NCBI GenBank assembly: GCA_963674755.2
Contig: CAXXVS010000003.1
Coordinates: 896,001 to 960,000 of the forward strand
From: Desulfobacterales bacterium
GTDB lineage: Bacteria; Desulfobacterota; Desulfobacteria; Desulfobacterales; UBA5852
Length of the DNA stretch: 64,000 nt
Direction of reading: 5' to 3'
Of this stretch, positions 36,572 through 45,920 are shown one piece after another. Position 1 is the first letter of the stretch, and each line of letters starts with the position of its first letter. The notes below the pieces were generated by a model, which ran no database searches, had not been told where the DNA came from, and saw only the letters and a program-made list of their open reading frames with translations. Both the position numbers and the translations under genes were made by a program.

Positions 36572-39289
36572 TCAGGCTTGCAGGCCGGCCAGCACCTTTT
36601 CCGGCAGGGCCGGCAGTTTGGTGATGCGGACACCGCAGGCGTTATAGATGCCGTTGATCACCGCCGCGTGGGGGCTGGTCAAGGGCATTTCACCCACACC
36701 GCCGGCGCCGAAGGGGCCGTCCTTGCGGGGGGTTTCCACATAGATCAAATCCATTTCGTCGGGGATTTGTTTGATATAGGGGAAGCCTGCACCGGCCAGG
36801 GTGGAATGCTTCTTGAGATCTTCGTAATCCTCGGTCAGGGCCAATCCGATGCCCTGGGCCAGGCCGCCGTACATCTGGCCGTCCACCACCAGGCGGTTGT
36901 TGATCTTGCCGATGTCGGATACCAGGGTCATCTTCTCTACCATGGTTTTACCCGTAGCGACCTCCACGGCCACCTCGGCCATGAACACGCCGTACATATA
37001 GACGGAAAAAGGAGACCCCTGGCTGTTCTCGTCACAATTGGTGGCCGGGGCCGTCCATTGCCCGGTGTAGTGGACCGGGATGTTGTCGGCCTGCATTTCG
37101 GCGTAGCTGCGATAGCTGCCGTCGGGTTTTTTCATGGCGGCCACCAGGGCCTCCGCGCCGTTGCGAATGGCCTGGCCGGTCATGACCTGGGAACGGCTGC
37201 CACCGGCGGGTCCCGAATTGGGGGCTTTGCTGGTGTCATTCATCACCAGGCGAATCCGGTCGGGTGTGATCCCGGTCACCCGCAGGGCCTCGTGGGCGAC
37301 CCCCAGCGCACCGGCGTCGGCGCCCTGGCCGTGATCCTCCCAGCAGTTATAGACGGTGACCGTATCGTCGGCATTGAGTTCCACCCAGGCCTCGGAGGCA
37401 TCCGGACCGTCCAGTCCGCAGCCATAAACGCCAACGGAGATGCCGACGCCTTTTTTGATTTCGGCGCTGGAAGCAGCTTTGGCCTTGTCCAGGGCGGCTT
37501 TGTATCTGGGCCGCAGGATGTCGAGCATCTCCGGCAGGCTGTAGACTTCCGGCGCCTGGCCGGTGGGGGTTGTGGAGCCCTCGCGGTAGACGTTCTTGTA
37601 GCGCAGCTCCAGGGGATCGATAGCGAGCTTTTCCGCCAGCTCATCCATGAGCACTTCGGAAGCGAACTCGCTCTGGGGGGAGCCGTAGGCCCGGAAGGCG
37701 GATCCCCAGGCGTGGTTGGTGCATACGGTGCGGCCCTCGCCGCGAATGTGAGGGATGTCGTAGCCGGCGCCCATGAACTGGGTGCCGCGCAGGGTCAGCA
37801 GGTCGCCGAATTCCGAGTAGGGGCCGTGATCCACGCTGTAGTCGGTTTCCATGGCCAGCAACTTGCCCTCTTTATCCGCGGCGAAACGCATGTTCATGAA
37901 GAAGGGCGAGCGCTTGCCGGTATAGGCCATCTGCTGCTGGTAGTCGTATTTGAGGAAGCAGGGTCTTCCGGTGGCCATGCAGGCTGCCCCCACCAGGGCT
38001 TCCATGGTGGGGCTGAATTTATAGCCGAAGGTGCCGCCCGCCGGATTCTGCACCATGACCAGGTTCTCCAGCTCGACCCCCAGGCCGGGAGCGATCATGG
38101 CGGCGTGCAGGTGCAGGCCGATGGACTTGGAATGAATCACCAGTTTGCCGTCGTCGTCCTTGTAGGCAAAGCCCACATCCGGCTCGATGGGCATGTGGGG
38201 CTGACGGCCGACATAGAAGTCATCCTCCACCACGGCATCCGCCGCGGCGAAAATAGGCCCGGTTTCATCCCCCTTGGCGATTTTCTGGACATAATAGACG
38301 TTGGGCGTGCCCGGATGGATCTCGATGGCATCGTCGGCCATGGCGGCCGGGGCGCTCATGTATTCGGGCAGCGGTTCCAGATCCACCTTGACCTTGGCCG
38401 CGGCCGCCTTGGCATTGGCCTCGCTGTCGGCACAGACGATGGCGATGGCGTCGCCGTATTGGAAGACCTTGCGGTCGCACAAGATAGGCCGGTCCCAGCC
38501 GTCGCCCTTGTTGGAGGGGAAGGTGATCAGGCCGCTGATACGGTTTTTGCCGGGTACATCCTTGTGGGTGACCACCTTGAAGACCCCGGGCATTTGTTCG
38601 GCCTCGGCCGTGTCGATGCCGTTGATGTCGGCATGGGAGACCGTGGCCTGGACCAGGGCCAGGTGAAGACGGTCGTCGGGCAGTTTGAGGCCCAGGTCCG
38701 CTCCGTAGTCCAGAGTGCCGGTCACTTTGGCGATGGCGCTGGGCCGGGGGTATTTGGTGCCCCAGATGCGGCCGTCGGCCGGAATCTTGAAATTGAGTTC
38801 GTCGGCCGCCATTTCACCGCGCAGCACTTTGGCCGCATCCATCACGGCATCCACCAGTGGTTTGTAGCCGGTGCAGCGGCAGGCATTGCGGTGCTTCTGA
38901 AACCAGTCACGGACGTCGTCGCGGGTGGGCGACGGAGTTTCATCCAGCAGGGCCTTGGCTGAGACGATGAACCCGGGGCTGCAGAAACCGCACTGGGCGC
39001 AGCCATGGGCCATCCAGGCCAGTTGCAGGGGATGCAGACCGGTGGGCGTGCCGATGCCCTCGATGGTGGTGACATGGGCGCCGTCGGCCACCCGGGAGAG
39101 CTTGGTGATGCAGGAGCGCACCAATTTGCCGTCCAGGATGACATTGCATGCCGCGCATTGACCCTGACCGCAACCGATTTTCGTACCGGTCAGGCCAAGT
39201 TGTTCCCGGAGCACGGTGGCCAGCGCGTCATCGGCCGATGCAATCAAAACCTTGGGGGTGCCGTTGAGGATAATGTTGCGTTTAATCAT
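36572..39289 (-). CDS. mop: Molybdopterin-dependent aldehyde oxidoreductase (Mop-type), copy 1
   Basis: Same motifs (CGQGQCAAC, QCGFC, CRCTGY, GGTFGYK, AFRAYG, GVGE); start MIKRNII after gggaggg. Confidence 0.95.
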   Translation of the reverse strand: MIKRNIILNGTPKVLIASADDALATVLREQLGLTGTKIGCGQGQCAACNVILDGKLVRSCITKLSRVADGAHVTTIEGIGTPTGLHPLQLAWMAHGCAQCGFCSPGFIVSAKALLDETPSPTRDDVRDWFQKHRNACRCTGYKPLVDAVMDAAKVLRGEMAADELNFKIPADGRIWGTKYPRPSAIAKVTGTLDYGADLGLKLPDDRLHLALVQATVSHADINGIDTAEAEQMPGVFKVVTHKDVPGKNRISGLITFPSNKGDGWDRPILCDRKVFQYGDAIAIVCADSEANAKAAAAKVKVDLEPLPEYMSAPAAMADDAIEIHPGTPNVYYVQKIAKGDETGPIFAAADAVVEDDFYVGRQPHMPIEPDVGFAYKDDDGKLVIHSKSIGLHLHAAMIAPGLGVELENLVMVQNPAGGTFGYKFSPTMEALVGAACMATGRPCFLKYDYQQQMAYTGKRSPFFMNMRFAADKEGKLLAMETDYSVDHGPYSEFGDLLTLRGTQFMGAGYDIPHIRGEGRTVCTNHAWGSAFRAYGSPQSEFASEVLMDELAEKLAIDPLELRYKNVYREGSTTPTGQAPEVYSLPEMLDILRPRYKAALDKAKAASSAEIKKGVGISVGVYGCGLDGPDASEAWVELNADDTVTVYNCWEDHGQGADAGALGVAHEALRVTGITPDRIRLVMNDTSKAPNSGPAGGSRSQVMTGQAIRNGAEALVAAMKKPDGSYRSYAEMQADNIPVHYTGQWTAPATNCDENSQGSPFSVYMYGVFMAEVAVEVATGKTMVEKMTLVSDIGKINNRLVVDGQMYGGLAQGIGLALTEDYEDLKKHSTLAGAGFPYIKQIPDEMDLIYVETPRKDGPFGAGGVGEMPLTSPHAAVINGIYNACGVRITKLPALPEKVLAGLQA

Positions 39290-39353
39290 GTTCCCTCCCC
39301 TCGTATGTGTTGTTAAAAGCACATGCAAATCAGGCGTGTTCAGGGCTTCGGCC

Positions 39354-40379
39354 TCAATTTTTGCCGAAGCCGCACAGGGGGTAGCGGCAGGTGGGGCAGC
39401 CGGAGCAGAATCCCCCGTGTCCCAGAGCGGCAATGGTGTCGCGTGTAACAGGTTCGCCGGCCAGCAGCCGCGGGATGAGCAGGTCGAAGATGCTGGTGCG
39501 GTAATACATGACACAACCCGGCAGGCCGGCTACCGGCACGTCGCCGATATAGGCCAGCATGAACATGGCCCCCGGGAAGACCGGGGCGCCATAGGTGATG
39601 ACCTCACCGCCCGCGGCCCGGATGCTGGCCGGGGTCTGATCGTCCGGGTCGACGGACATGCCGCCGGTGACCATCACCATTTCAGCCCCTTCGGCGATCA
39701 GCTCCCGAATGGCGTTGACGGTCATTTGCCGGTCGTCGGAAACCAGAATCTGACGCGTCACCTGGCAGCCGAGGTCCTTGAATTTCTTTTCGACGACCGG
39801 ACCGAAGGCATCCTTGATCCGTCCATGGTAGACTTCGCTGCCCGTGGTCACGATGCCGACCCGGCAGGCGTTGAAGGGTTTCACCTGGATGATGGGGCGG
39901 GATGCGGCGCAGATCTGCGCGACCCGCCGGATGGGGGCTTCTTCGATGATCAGGGGCACAACCCGCGTGCCGGCCAGCGGTTGCTCGGCTTTGACCGGCT
40001 GATGGCTGTGCAGGGTGGCAAAGGCAATGTCATCGATGGAATTGATACGGGTCAGGGCCTCCACGTCCACGACGAGCAGACCGTCGGTCTCGGCAATCAG
40101 GTTCACGCGCCCTTCCGAGGGATCGCTCAACCGGATTCCCGGGCCGGCCGCTGCTCGTGCCAAGCGTTCGGCCGCTTCGTTTTCATGCAGCATGCCCGGT
40201 TCCAGATCGAGGACATAGATGTGTTCCTTGCCGATCCTGAGAAATTCGGGGATCTCTTCGGCGCGGATGATGTGCCCTTTTTTAAAGGCGGGGCCTTTTT
40301 CCCGGCCCGGAATGATGCGGGTGATATCATGGGCCAGCACGCAGCCGACCGCTTCCTGGATAGGGATGGCATGAATCAT
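39354..40379 (-). CDS. Molybdopterin-binding (MoeA-related) protein with C-terminal Cys cluster
   Basis: LAHDITRI, TTGSEV, TGGMSVDPDD.TP, GLPGC, C-terminal CSGCPTCRYPLC. Confidence 0.88.
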   Translation of the reverse strand: MIHAIPIQEAVGCVLAHDITRIIPGREKGPAFKKGHIIRAEEIPEFLRIGKEHIYVLDLEPGMLHENEAAERLARAAAGPGIRLSDPSEGRVNLIAETDGLLVVDVEALTRINSIDDIAFATLHSHQPVKAEQPLAGTRVVPLIIEEAPIRRVAQICAASRPIIQVKPFNACRVGIVTTGSEVYHGRIKDAFGPVVEKKFKDLGCQVTRQILVSDDRQMTVNAIRELIAEGAEMVMVTGGMSVDPDDQTPASIRAAGGEVITYGAPVFPGAMFMLAYIGDVPVAGLPGCVMYYRTSIFDLLIPRLLAGEPVTRDTIAALGHGGFCSGCPTCRYPLCGFGKN

Positions 40380-40603
40380 TTTAATATCAATTCCGACATG
40401 ATGTGAGGTGTTTCTGACAAGCGCCCAGGGGGAAAATGCCAAATGGTCTGGTTTTGCGATAGCCGCGCAACAATGACCTTGAGCGGATATCGGCAAGCTT
40501 GCCCAGCCTTCCGGCATCTTGATTCTGATTTATCGTATAGGGGGAGATATATGTCAATAATGATATCAAACAGGACAAAAAAATTTCCCCTCCTCCCGGG
40601 CGG

Positions 40604-40921
40604 TTAAGGGCGCTTTGGCGCGGCATGCGTGCCTTCGGCTTTCAAGCGGCAGTCGCGCATGACCTCAGGCGGAATCATCTTCACGGCCAGGAGGATGCCC
40701 AGGGGCAGGATGATCAGATCATCCAGGTAACCCAACAGCGGGATAAAATCCGGAATCAGATCGATGGGGCTGAGGGCATAGGCCGTCACCAGCACGACGA
40801 TGATTTTGGCCCGCCGGGGGACCCGGGGGTCCCGGCGGGCCAGGAAGAGAGCCTGGATTTCGGTTTTCAACACCCGGACGCGTTTTTTCCAGCGTTCCAC
40901 CCACCCGTCGCTAAGGATCAT
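40604..40921 (-). CDS. YkvA/DUF1232 family membrane protein
   Basis: YALSPIDLIPDFIPLLGYLDD signature. Confidence 0.9.
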   Translation of the reverse strand: MILSDGWVERWKKRVRVLKTEIQALFLARRDPRVPRRAKIIVVLVTAYALSPIDLIPDFIPLLGYLDDLIILPLGILLAVKMIPPEVMRDCRLKAEGTHAAPKRP

Positions 40922-41048
40922 CGGAGCCTCGGCAGTTCAAGGACCTTGGCCGCCGGCCAGCCGATATCATCACCACGGGACGTTCGATCAACGCTGCGCA
41001 TGGGGCGCCTCTCCACCGAATGGTGTGGACGATCCCTCGTCCGGAAGA

Positions 41049-41507
41049 TCATGTGGTACGGACGAAGAGGTGCTTGGCATCCCGGGGCGACTCCACCACC
41101 CGCTGAATTTTCTCCTCGATGTCCTTTTTCCGGAGCTCATCCTTGGTTTCCCAGGCCCCTTCGATCTTTTCGACCAGTTCGCTGATCTGGCAGGGTTTGG
41201 TCAGGTAGTCGTAAGCGCCCAGCTTGATCGCTTCCAGGGCCGAGTCGATGGAACCATGTCCGGTCAGAATCAGGGTTTGGGTAAAAAGCCCCAGTTTCTT
41301 GATTTCCTTCAGAGTGGTCAGCCCGTCCATCCCCGGCATTTTAAGGTCCAGCACGACCACGTCGAAATCTTCGTTCTGCAGCGCCCGGATGGCTTCCGCG
41401 CCGCTGTTGACCGCTGTGGAGCGATAGCCGCGGGCATCCAGCAGGGTTTCCATGTTGCGGGTGAAAATGACTTCATCATCCACCAAGAGTATTTTTGATC
41501 CGATCAT
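41049..41507 (-). CDS. Single-domain response regulator
   Basis: LLVDDE, LDLKMPGMDG, LTGHG, YLTKP. Confidence 0.93.
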   Translation of the reverse strand: MIGSKILLVDDEVIFTRNMETLLDARGYRSTAVNSGAEAIRALQNEDFDVVVLDLKMPGMDGLTTLKEIKKLGLFTQTLILTGHGSIDSALEAIKLGAYDYLTKPCQISELVEKIEGAWETKDELRKKDIEEKIQRVVESPRDAKHLFVRTT

Positions 41508-41574
41508 TGCAGCCTCCTTTCAAAAGGGTGCCTTTTTAGCCCGCGTTAGTTGGGGGTGCCGAAGTTGGAGCGGC

Positions 41575-43380
41575 TCATGCGGCCTGCTCCACCGGGATCA
41601 CATGATCACGTGTTGCGGTTTTAGCGTCCGACGACCGTACGGGCAGCCGGATGATAAAATCGGTTCCCTGGTCGACGACGCTCTTCACCTGAATCCGCCC
41701 CCCCAGCCCCTTGATGATGCTGTAACAGATGGACAGCCCCAGGCCCGTTCCCCGCCCCGTAGGCTTGGTGGTGAAGAAGGGATCGAAGACCTTGGACAGG
41801 ACCTCTCCCGACATGCCGGAACCCGTGTCCGAGACCACGATCTCCACGGTTTCGTCGGCTTCCAGGTAGGTGGTGCTGATGGCCACGGATCCATATTGTT
41901 TGCCCTCGTGGGCGTCGATGGCGTTGGTGATGAGGTTCAAAAAGACCTGCTGGAGCTGGGAAATGTCCGACAGGATCGGCGGTACCTCCGGGGACAGCCG
42001 TTCGAAAAAGGTAATGCCGGAAGACTTGGCCTCCCGTTCCATCAGGTCGACGATCTCGCTGATGAAGGCGTTGATATCCACCGTGTCGATGACGGACTGG
42101 GTGCGGCGGGAAAAGCGGAGCAGATTGTGGGTGATGCGCTTGCAGCGCTGGATCTGAACGTCGATCTGGTTCAGGGAATCGTCCAGCTGGGCGCCGAAGG
42201 CCGAATCGAGATGGTCGACCCTTTGGCAGGCGTCCAGCAAAATCTCCCGTTCCGTCGAAATGATGGCCAGGGGATTGTTGATTTCATGGGCCACCCCCAC
42301 CGAGAGTTCGCCGATGGAGGCCATTTTGCTGGCCTGCATAAGCTGACGATTCAAGGTTTCGGCCTTGGCGTCCCGGCGTTTTACCAGGTTCAGCATGTGG
42401 CGGGTGACCAGAACCGTGGCCCCCAGGATGGTGACGGCGCTGATGAGCAGGAAGATCAGCACCGAATAATTGGCCCGGTTCTCGGTTGCAAAGGCTTCGT
42501 CGTAATCCTGCCGGACGACCAGCATCCATTGGGGGGTCTCCAGCCAGGCCGTGGCAACGATCTGGCGCACGGTGCGTTCTCCATTGAAACCGGCGTCAGC
42601 GGCCTCCTGCCGCACCTGGATGCCGGGATGAATGTCGCCCACCTTTATGGCGGCATTTTCCATGATCCGGCCGCTATAGCGGGAAGTGGTCTGGTAGACG
42701 CCTTGCGGGTTGACAAGGAAGACTTCGCCGGTGCGGCCGATCATGACATTCTCCACCAGCGCCCGGAAGGCCTCCGTATCCACGGTGGCCCGCAGGATCC
42801 AGGGACCTGCCGCGTCATTGCCTTTGACCGCGATGATGAAGTGCGGTTCGCGGCGGAACCCCATGAACATGTCGCTGATGAAAATTCCCTTCTCCATGAC
42901 CTGGCCGAACCAATGCGTCGTGCGATAGTTTTTATCCAGCAGGTCGTAGGGCCCTACATACGCCAGATGCCGGCCTTCGCCGTCGATGACCCCGAGATCG
43001 GTCACGTTCCAGTGCTCCTGATTGAACAGGTCGAAAACGGTCCGCAACCGCCCGGGCTGAACCAGATCCTGACGGTCATGGGTCTGGGCGATGAGTTCCA
43101 GTTTGGCGCGATGTTCCTTCAAGAACAATTGGATGACTTTGCGATGGTGCTGGACCTCGTTGCGGAAGGCGGTCATGATGCGCGTCTCGGCTGAACGCTG
43201 GTAGCGATGGCTGATCACCCACCCCACCAGGAGCAGGGGCACCACCGAGCAGACCAGCGTCAGGAGGACAAACCGTTTGAAAAGCCGTTTGTAGCGATGG
43301 CTCTGATCGCTATCGGAAACCGTCGTGCTGGCAGGATCGGAAACGTTTGCAGGTAAGTCCGGCATGCGGCCTCCTTGCAT
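41575..43380 (-). CDS. Membrane sensor histidine kinase (Cache-like periplasmic domain, NtrB-like core)
   Basis: Two TM helices, H-box AHEINNPL, NLITNA, DTGSG, FFTTK, GTGLGL; start may be 43365. Confidence 0.93.
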   Translation of the reverse strand: MQGGRMPDLPANVSDPASTTVSDSDQSHRYKRLFKRFVLLTLVCSVVPLLLVGWVISHRYQRSAETRIMTAFRNEVQHHRKVIQLFLKEHRAKLELIAQTHDRQDLVQPGRLRTVFDLFNQEHWNVTDLGVIDGEGRHLAYVGPYDLLDKNYRTTHWFGQVMEKGIFISDMFMGFRREPHFIIAVKGNDAAGPWILRATVDTEAFRALVENVMIGRTGEVFLVNPQGVYQTTSRYSGRIMENAAIKVGDIHPGIQVRQEAADAGFNGERTVRQIVATAWLETPQWMLVVRQDYDEAFATENRANYSVLIFLLISAVTILGATVLVTRHMLNLVKRRDAKAETLNRQLMQASKMASIGELSVGVAHEINNPLAIISTEREILLDACQRVDHLDSAFGAQLDDSLNQIDVQIQRCKRITHNLLRFSRRTQSVIDTVDINAFISEIVDLMEREAKSSGITFFERLSPEVPPILSDISQLQQVFLNLITNAIDAHEGKQYGSVAISTTYLEADETVEIVVSDTGSGMSGEVLSKVFDPFFTTKPTGRGTGLGLSICYSIIKGLGGRIQVKSVVDQGTDFIIRLPVRSSDAKTATRDHVIPVEQAA

Positions 43381-43456
43381 CTATTCGCTGGGTTGCTCTG
43401 CAGCATTGATCCCCGGCTTTGATCGAACCGGGACTCTCCAAGATAGGGGTATCCAA

Positions 43457-43472
43457 ATCAAGAAATGTGCCA
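43457..43472 (-). promoter_or_regulatory. Sigma54 -24/-12 promoter candidate
   Basis: TGGCACATTTCTTGAT (GG-N10-GA) upstream of the kinase. Confidence 0.55.
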
Positions 43473-43564
43473 AACAGCGCGGTGCTCAACATTTTATTTG
43501 TTCCCATAATTTTAGATGGTTAGTGTTTTTCATAGTGGGTTGGGAGCGTTCCTGGCAGGGCCGC

Positions 43565-43583
43565 TGTCCACTGGCGGATGACA
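43565..43583. promoter_or_regulatory. TGTC-N11-GACA palindrome, candidate bEBP binding site
   Basis: TGTCCACTGGCGGATGACA about 100 bp upstream of the 43457 promoter. Confidence 0.55.
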
Positions 43584-43652
43584 GGGGTGTCTCTCTGCCG
43601 GGCGGCGGACCCCGGCGGAAGCGGCCGGCGTCCGGGCTTCCGGGGAACGCCA

Positions 43653-45914
43653 TCAGACCAGCCGGGGCCAGAAGGGCTTCTGGACTTCAAGCACCATGGC
43701 GATGGCGGAGGGGAGATGGGCGGCCGGCGTGTTTCCGGGGGGGGCCGCATCGCGGCGTCCGGAACCGGTGATGCACAGCTCCTGAAGAAACCGCAGTCCG
43801 CATTCTTCGATGCCTTTGACGCTGTAGCCGCCCTCCAGGATAAAGGCGATGCGCCCGCGGCAAACCAGCTCGGCCATTTGGATCAGCAGGGCGGTGAGGG
43901 TGCCATAGCCGGCCGGAGACACCTGCATGCCCCCCAGCCGGTCATGCCGGTAGAGATCGAACCCCAGGGAAACCAGGATGAAATCGGGTTCGAATTGGCG
44001 GGCCAGGGGCACGATAACGCGTCGGACGGCGCAGATGAAATCCCGGTCTCCGGCGCCTTTGGGCAGCGGAATATTGACCGTGAACCCTTTTCCCGGTCCG
44101 CGGCCGACCTCCCCCAGGTTCCCGGTGCCCGGATAGGCCGGGAAACGATGGGTGGAGACATACAATACGGTGTCGTCTTCATAAAAAGCCGTTTGGATGC
44201 CGTTGCCGTGGTGGGCGTCCAGATCGACGATCATGATTCGGTGCAGGCCATGGTTGTTTTGCAGATACCGCGCGGCCAGAGCGGCATTGTTGAGCAGGCA
44301 GAAACCCATGGCCCGGTCCGGTTCGGCGTGGTGCCCGGGCGGGCGTACGGCGGCCATCCCACGGGTTGCCCGGCCGTCGCAGATCCCGTCCAGCAGGTGA
44401 AAAACGCCTCCCACGGCCAGACAGGCCACTTCCCATGAGCGGGCCGTGGTCTGGGTGTCCAGATCCAGGGTGACCAGTTGCCGGCCGGCGGTTCGTTCCA
44501 ACCGGTCCAGGTAGTCGCTGGTATGGATCCAGAGCAGTTGCTCGCGTTCGGCCGGTGCCGCCATCAGCGAATGCCAGCGACCGGCAACGCTCGGGTGGGC
44601 CAGTGCCCGTTGGAAGGCCTCGAACCGTTTGGGGCTTTCCAGGTGAAACACATGCTGCAGATGCAGGGCGAAGCGCGGATCGTCGACCACCAGGATGGTG
44701 GTTTGGGTATCGGGTTCCGTGCCGGCGATTTTCACCCGGCAGGCCCGGGTGGCGAAATCGATAAGCGATGCGGCTTCGGGTATCCGGCGTTCGTTTTTCA
44801 GCAGAAGCGCCAGGGCCGTGGTCGCCGGATAAGGTTGGCGGTCGCACATGAGGCAGTGCTTGATAAACGCCAAACGCCATGGACGGCGGAGGTTGTGATC
44901 CGGTTTGCATAGGGCCTTGAGGGTGTTCTCGATGTAGCGTTCCAGCTTGGGCCGCACCCGACCGATGGGCGTCCGTTCATCGTCGGCCATGTCGGCAATG
45001 GCGGACAACAGATAGCCGCGCGGGGTTTTCAGGACGAACCGGCACAGCCGCTGTTCCTGGAAACCGCAGTCCCGATAAAATTGCTGGGCGCCCACCTCGC
45101 CGTCCAGAAAAATATGACGGACCTGGGGGAGCAGGGCCTGCCACAGCATCCAGGCACCCGCCACCAAAAAGGTGCCGACCCCCTGAGGGGGCTGCTGGAT
45201 ATCCTCCTGGTGCGGCATGCGCCGGGCAATATAGCGGATTTCAAGACGGGTATTGGCGACTTGCCGGTGCAACTCGAGCTTGACGAGCCCCCAAATGTCC
45301 TGCTGCACGATGCAGGCGAAGATCCAGGGCAAGGTCCCGTCCGTCCAGCTCTCCAGAACAAACCGGACGTCGAAGAATTCGAAGCGCTGCGCGGCCATTT
45401 GGGACAGGGTTGCCCGGTTGAGGGGCAGGGGAATGAAGCGGGCCGGTTGGCCGCCGGCCAGGTGGCCGCTGAAATGCGGTCCGTCGGCGCGGAAGTCCGG
45501 CATGCGCAGGGCGGCGTCCAGATCGGCGGGCACCTTCGGCAGACGCCGCAGCTCATGGTTCACAAGGGCGGCGGCCCCGGCCTGGCGCATATCGCCGGCC
45601 AGCTGCCGTACGTTGCCGGATATCCAGGCGGTGGTGCAGGCGTGCTTTTGCCGGAGTTCCCCCAGTTTGAAGACCAGCGATTGTTCCAGGATGGGGATGC
45701 CGCGGGCCACAAAGGCGGTTTTGGGGATGTCCACCCGTTCCCCGTCGAAATAGTAATGGAAAGAACGCGTACCCGCCACCTGATCACGGGCCTGTTCAGA
45801 AGCCGGGACCGTAATGCGGTGTGCATCGAACAGGCCCCTGAGTCCTAAACCGGCGGCCGGATCAACGGCGTTGACAGCGGCGATGGCCGCCTGGAGATGT
45901 TCGGGCTTGATCAT
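43653..45914 (-). CDS. Histone deacetylase family protein with long N-terminal extension containing a GNAT-like domain
   Basis: HDAC motifs RPPGHHA, GFCLLNN, DLDAHHGNG, GFD, LEGGY; upstream QGVGTFLV...AQQFYRDCGF GNAT-like motifs. Confidence 0.85.
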   Translation of the reverse strand: MIKPEHLQAAIAAVNAVDPAAGLGLRGLFDAHRITVPASEQARDQVAGTRSFHYYFDGERVDIPKTAFVARGIPILEQSLVFKLGELRQKHACTTAWISGNVRQLAGDMRQAGAAALVNHELRRLPKVPADLDAALRMPDFRADGPHFSGHLAGGQPARFIPLPLNRATLSQMAAQRFEFFDVRFVLESWTDGTLPWIFACIVQQDIWGLVKLELHRQVANTRLEIRYIARRMPHQEDIQQPPQGVGTFLVAGAWMLWQALLPQVRHIFLDGEVGAQQFYRDCGFQEQRLCRFVLKTPRGYLLSAIADMADDERTPIGRVRPKLERYIENTLKALCKPDHNLRRPWRLAFIKHCLMCDRQPYPATTALALLLKNERRIPEAASLIDFATRACRVKIAGTEPDTQTTILVVDDPRFALHLQHVFHLESPKRFEAFQRALAHPSVAGRWHSLMAAPAEREQLLWIHTSDYLDRLERTAGRQLVTLDLDTQTTARSWEVACLAVGGVFHLLDGICDGRATRGMAAVRPPGHHAEPDRAMGFCLLNNAALAARYLQNNHGLHRIMIVDLDAHHGNGIQTAFYEDDTVLYVSTHRFPAYPGTGNLGEVGRGPGKGFTVNIPLPKGAGDRDFICAVRRVIVPLARQFEPDFILVSLGFDLYRHDRLGGMQVSPAGYGTLTALLIQMAELVCRGRIAFILEGGYSVKGIEECGLRFLQELCITGSGRRDAAPPGNTPAAHLPSAIAMVLEVQKPFWPRLV

Positions 45915-45920
45915 GGCCCA

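Noticed and set aside
33200..38962. 1920-aa plus-strand ORF
   Set aside because: Antisense shadow of the two mop genes in high-GC DNA; no recognisable motifs.
40380..40600. Moco riboswitch or ModE box upstream of the molybdenum cluster
   Set aside because: No Moco RNA consensus is recognisable; the AT-rich TATA-containing stretch near 40530-40560 and a TTGACA are too weak to call.
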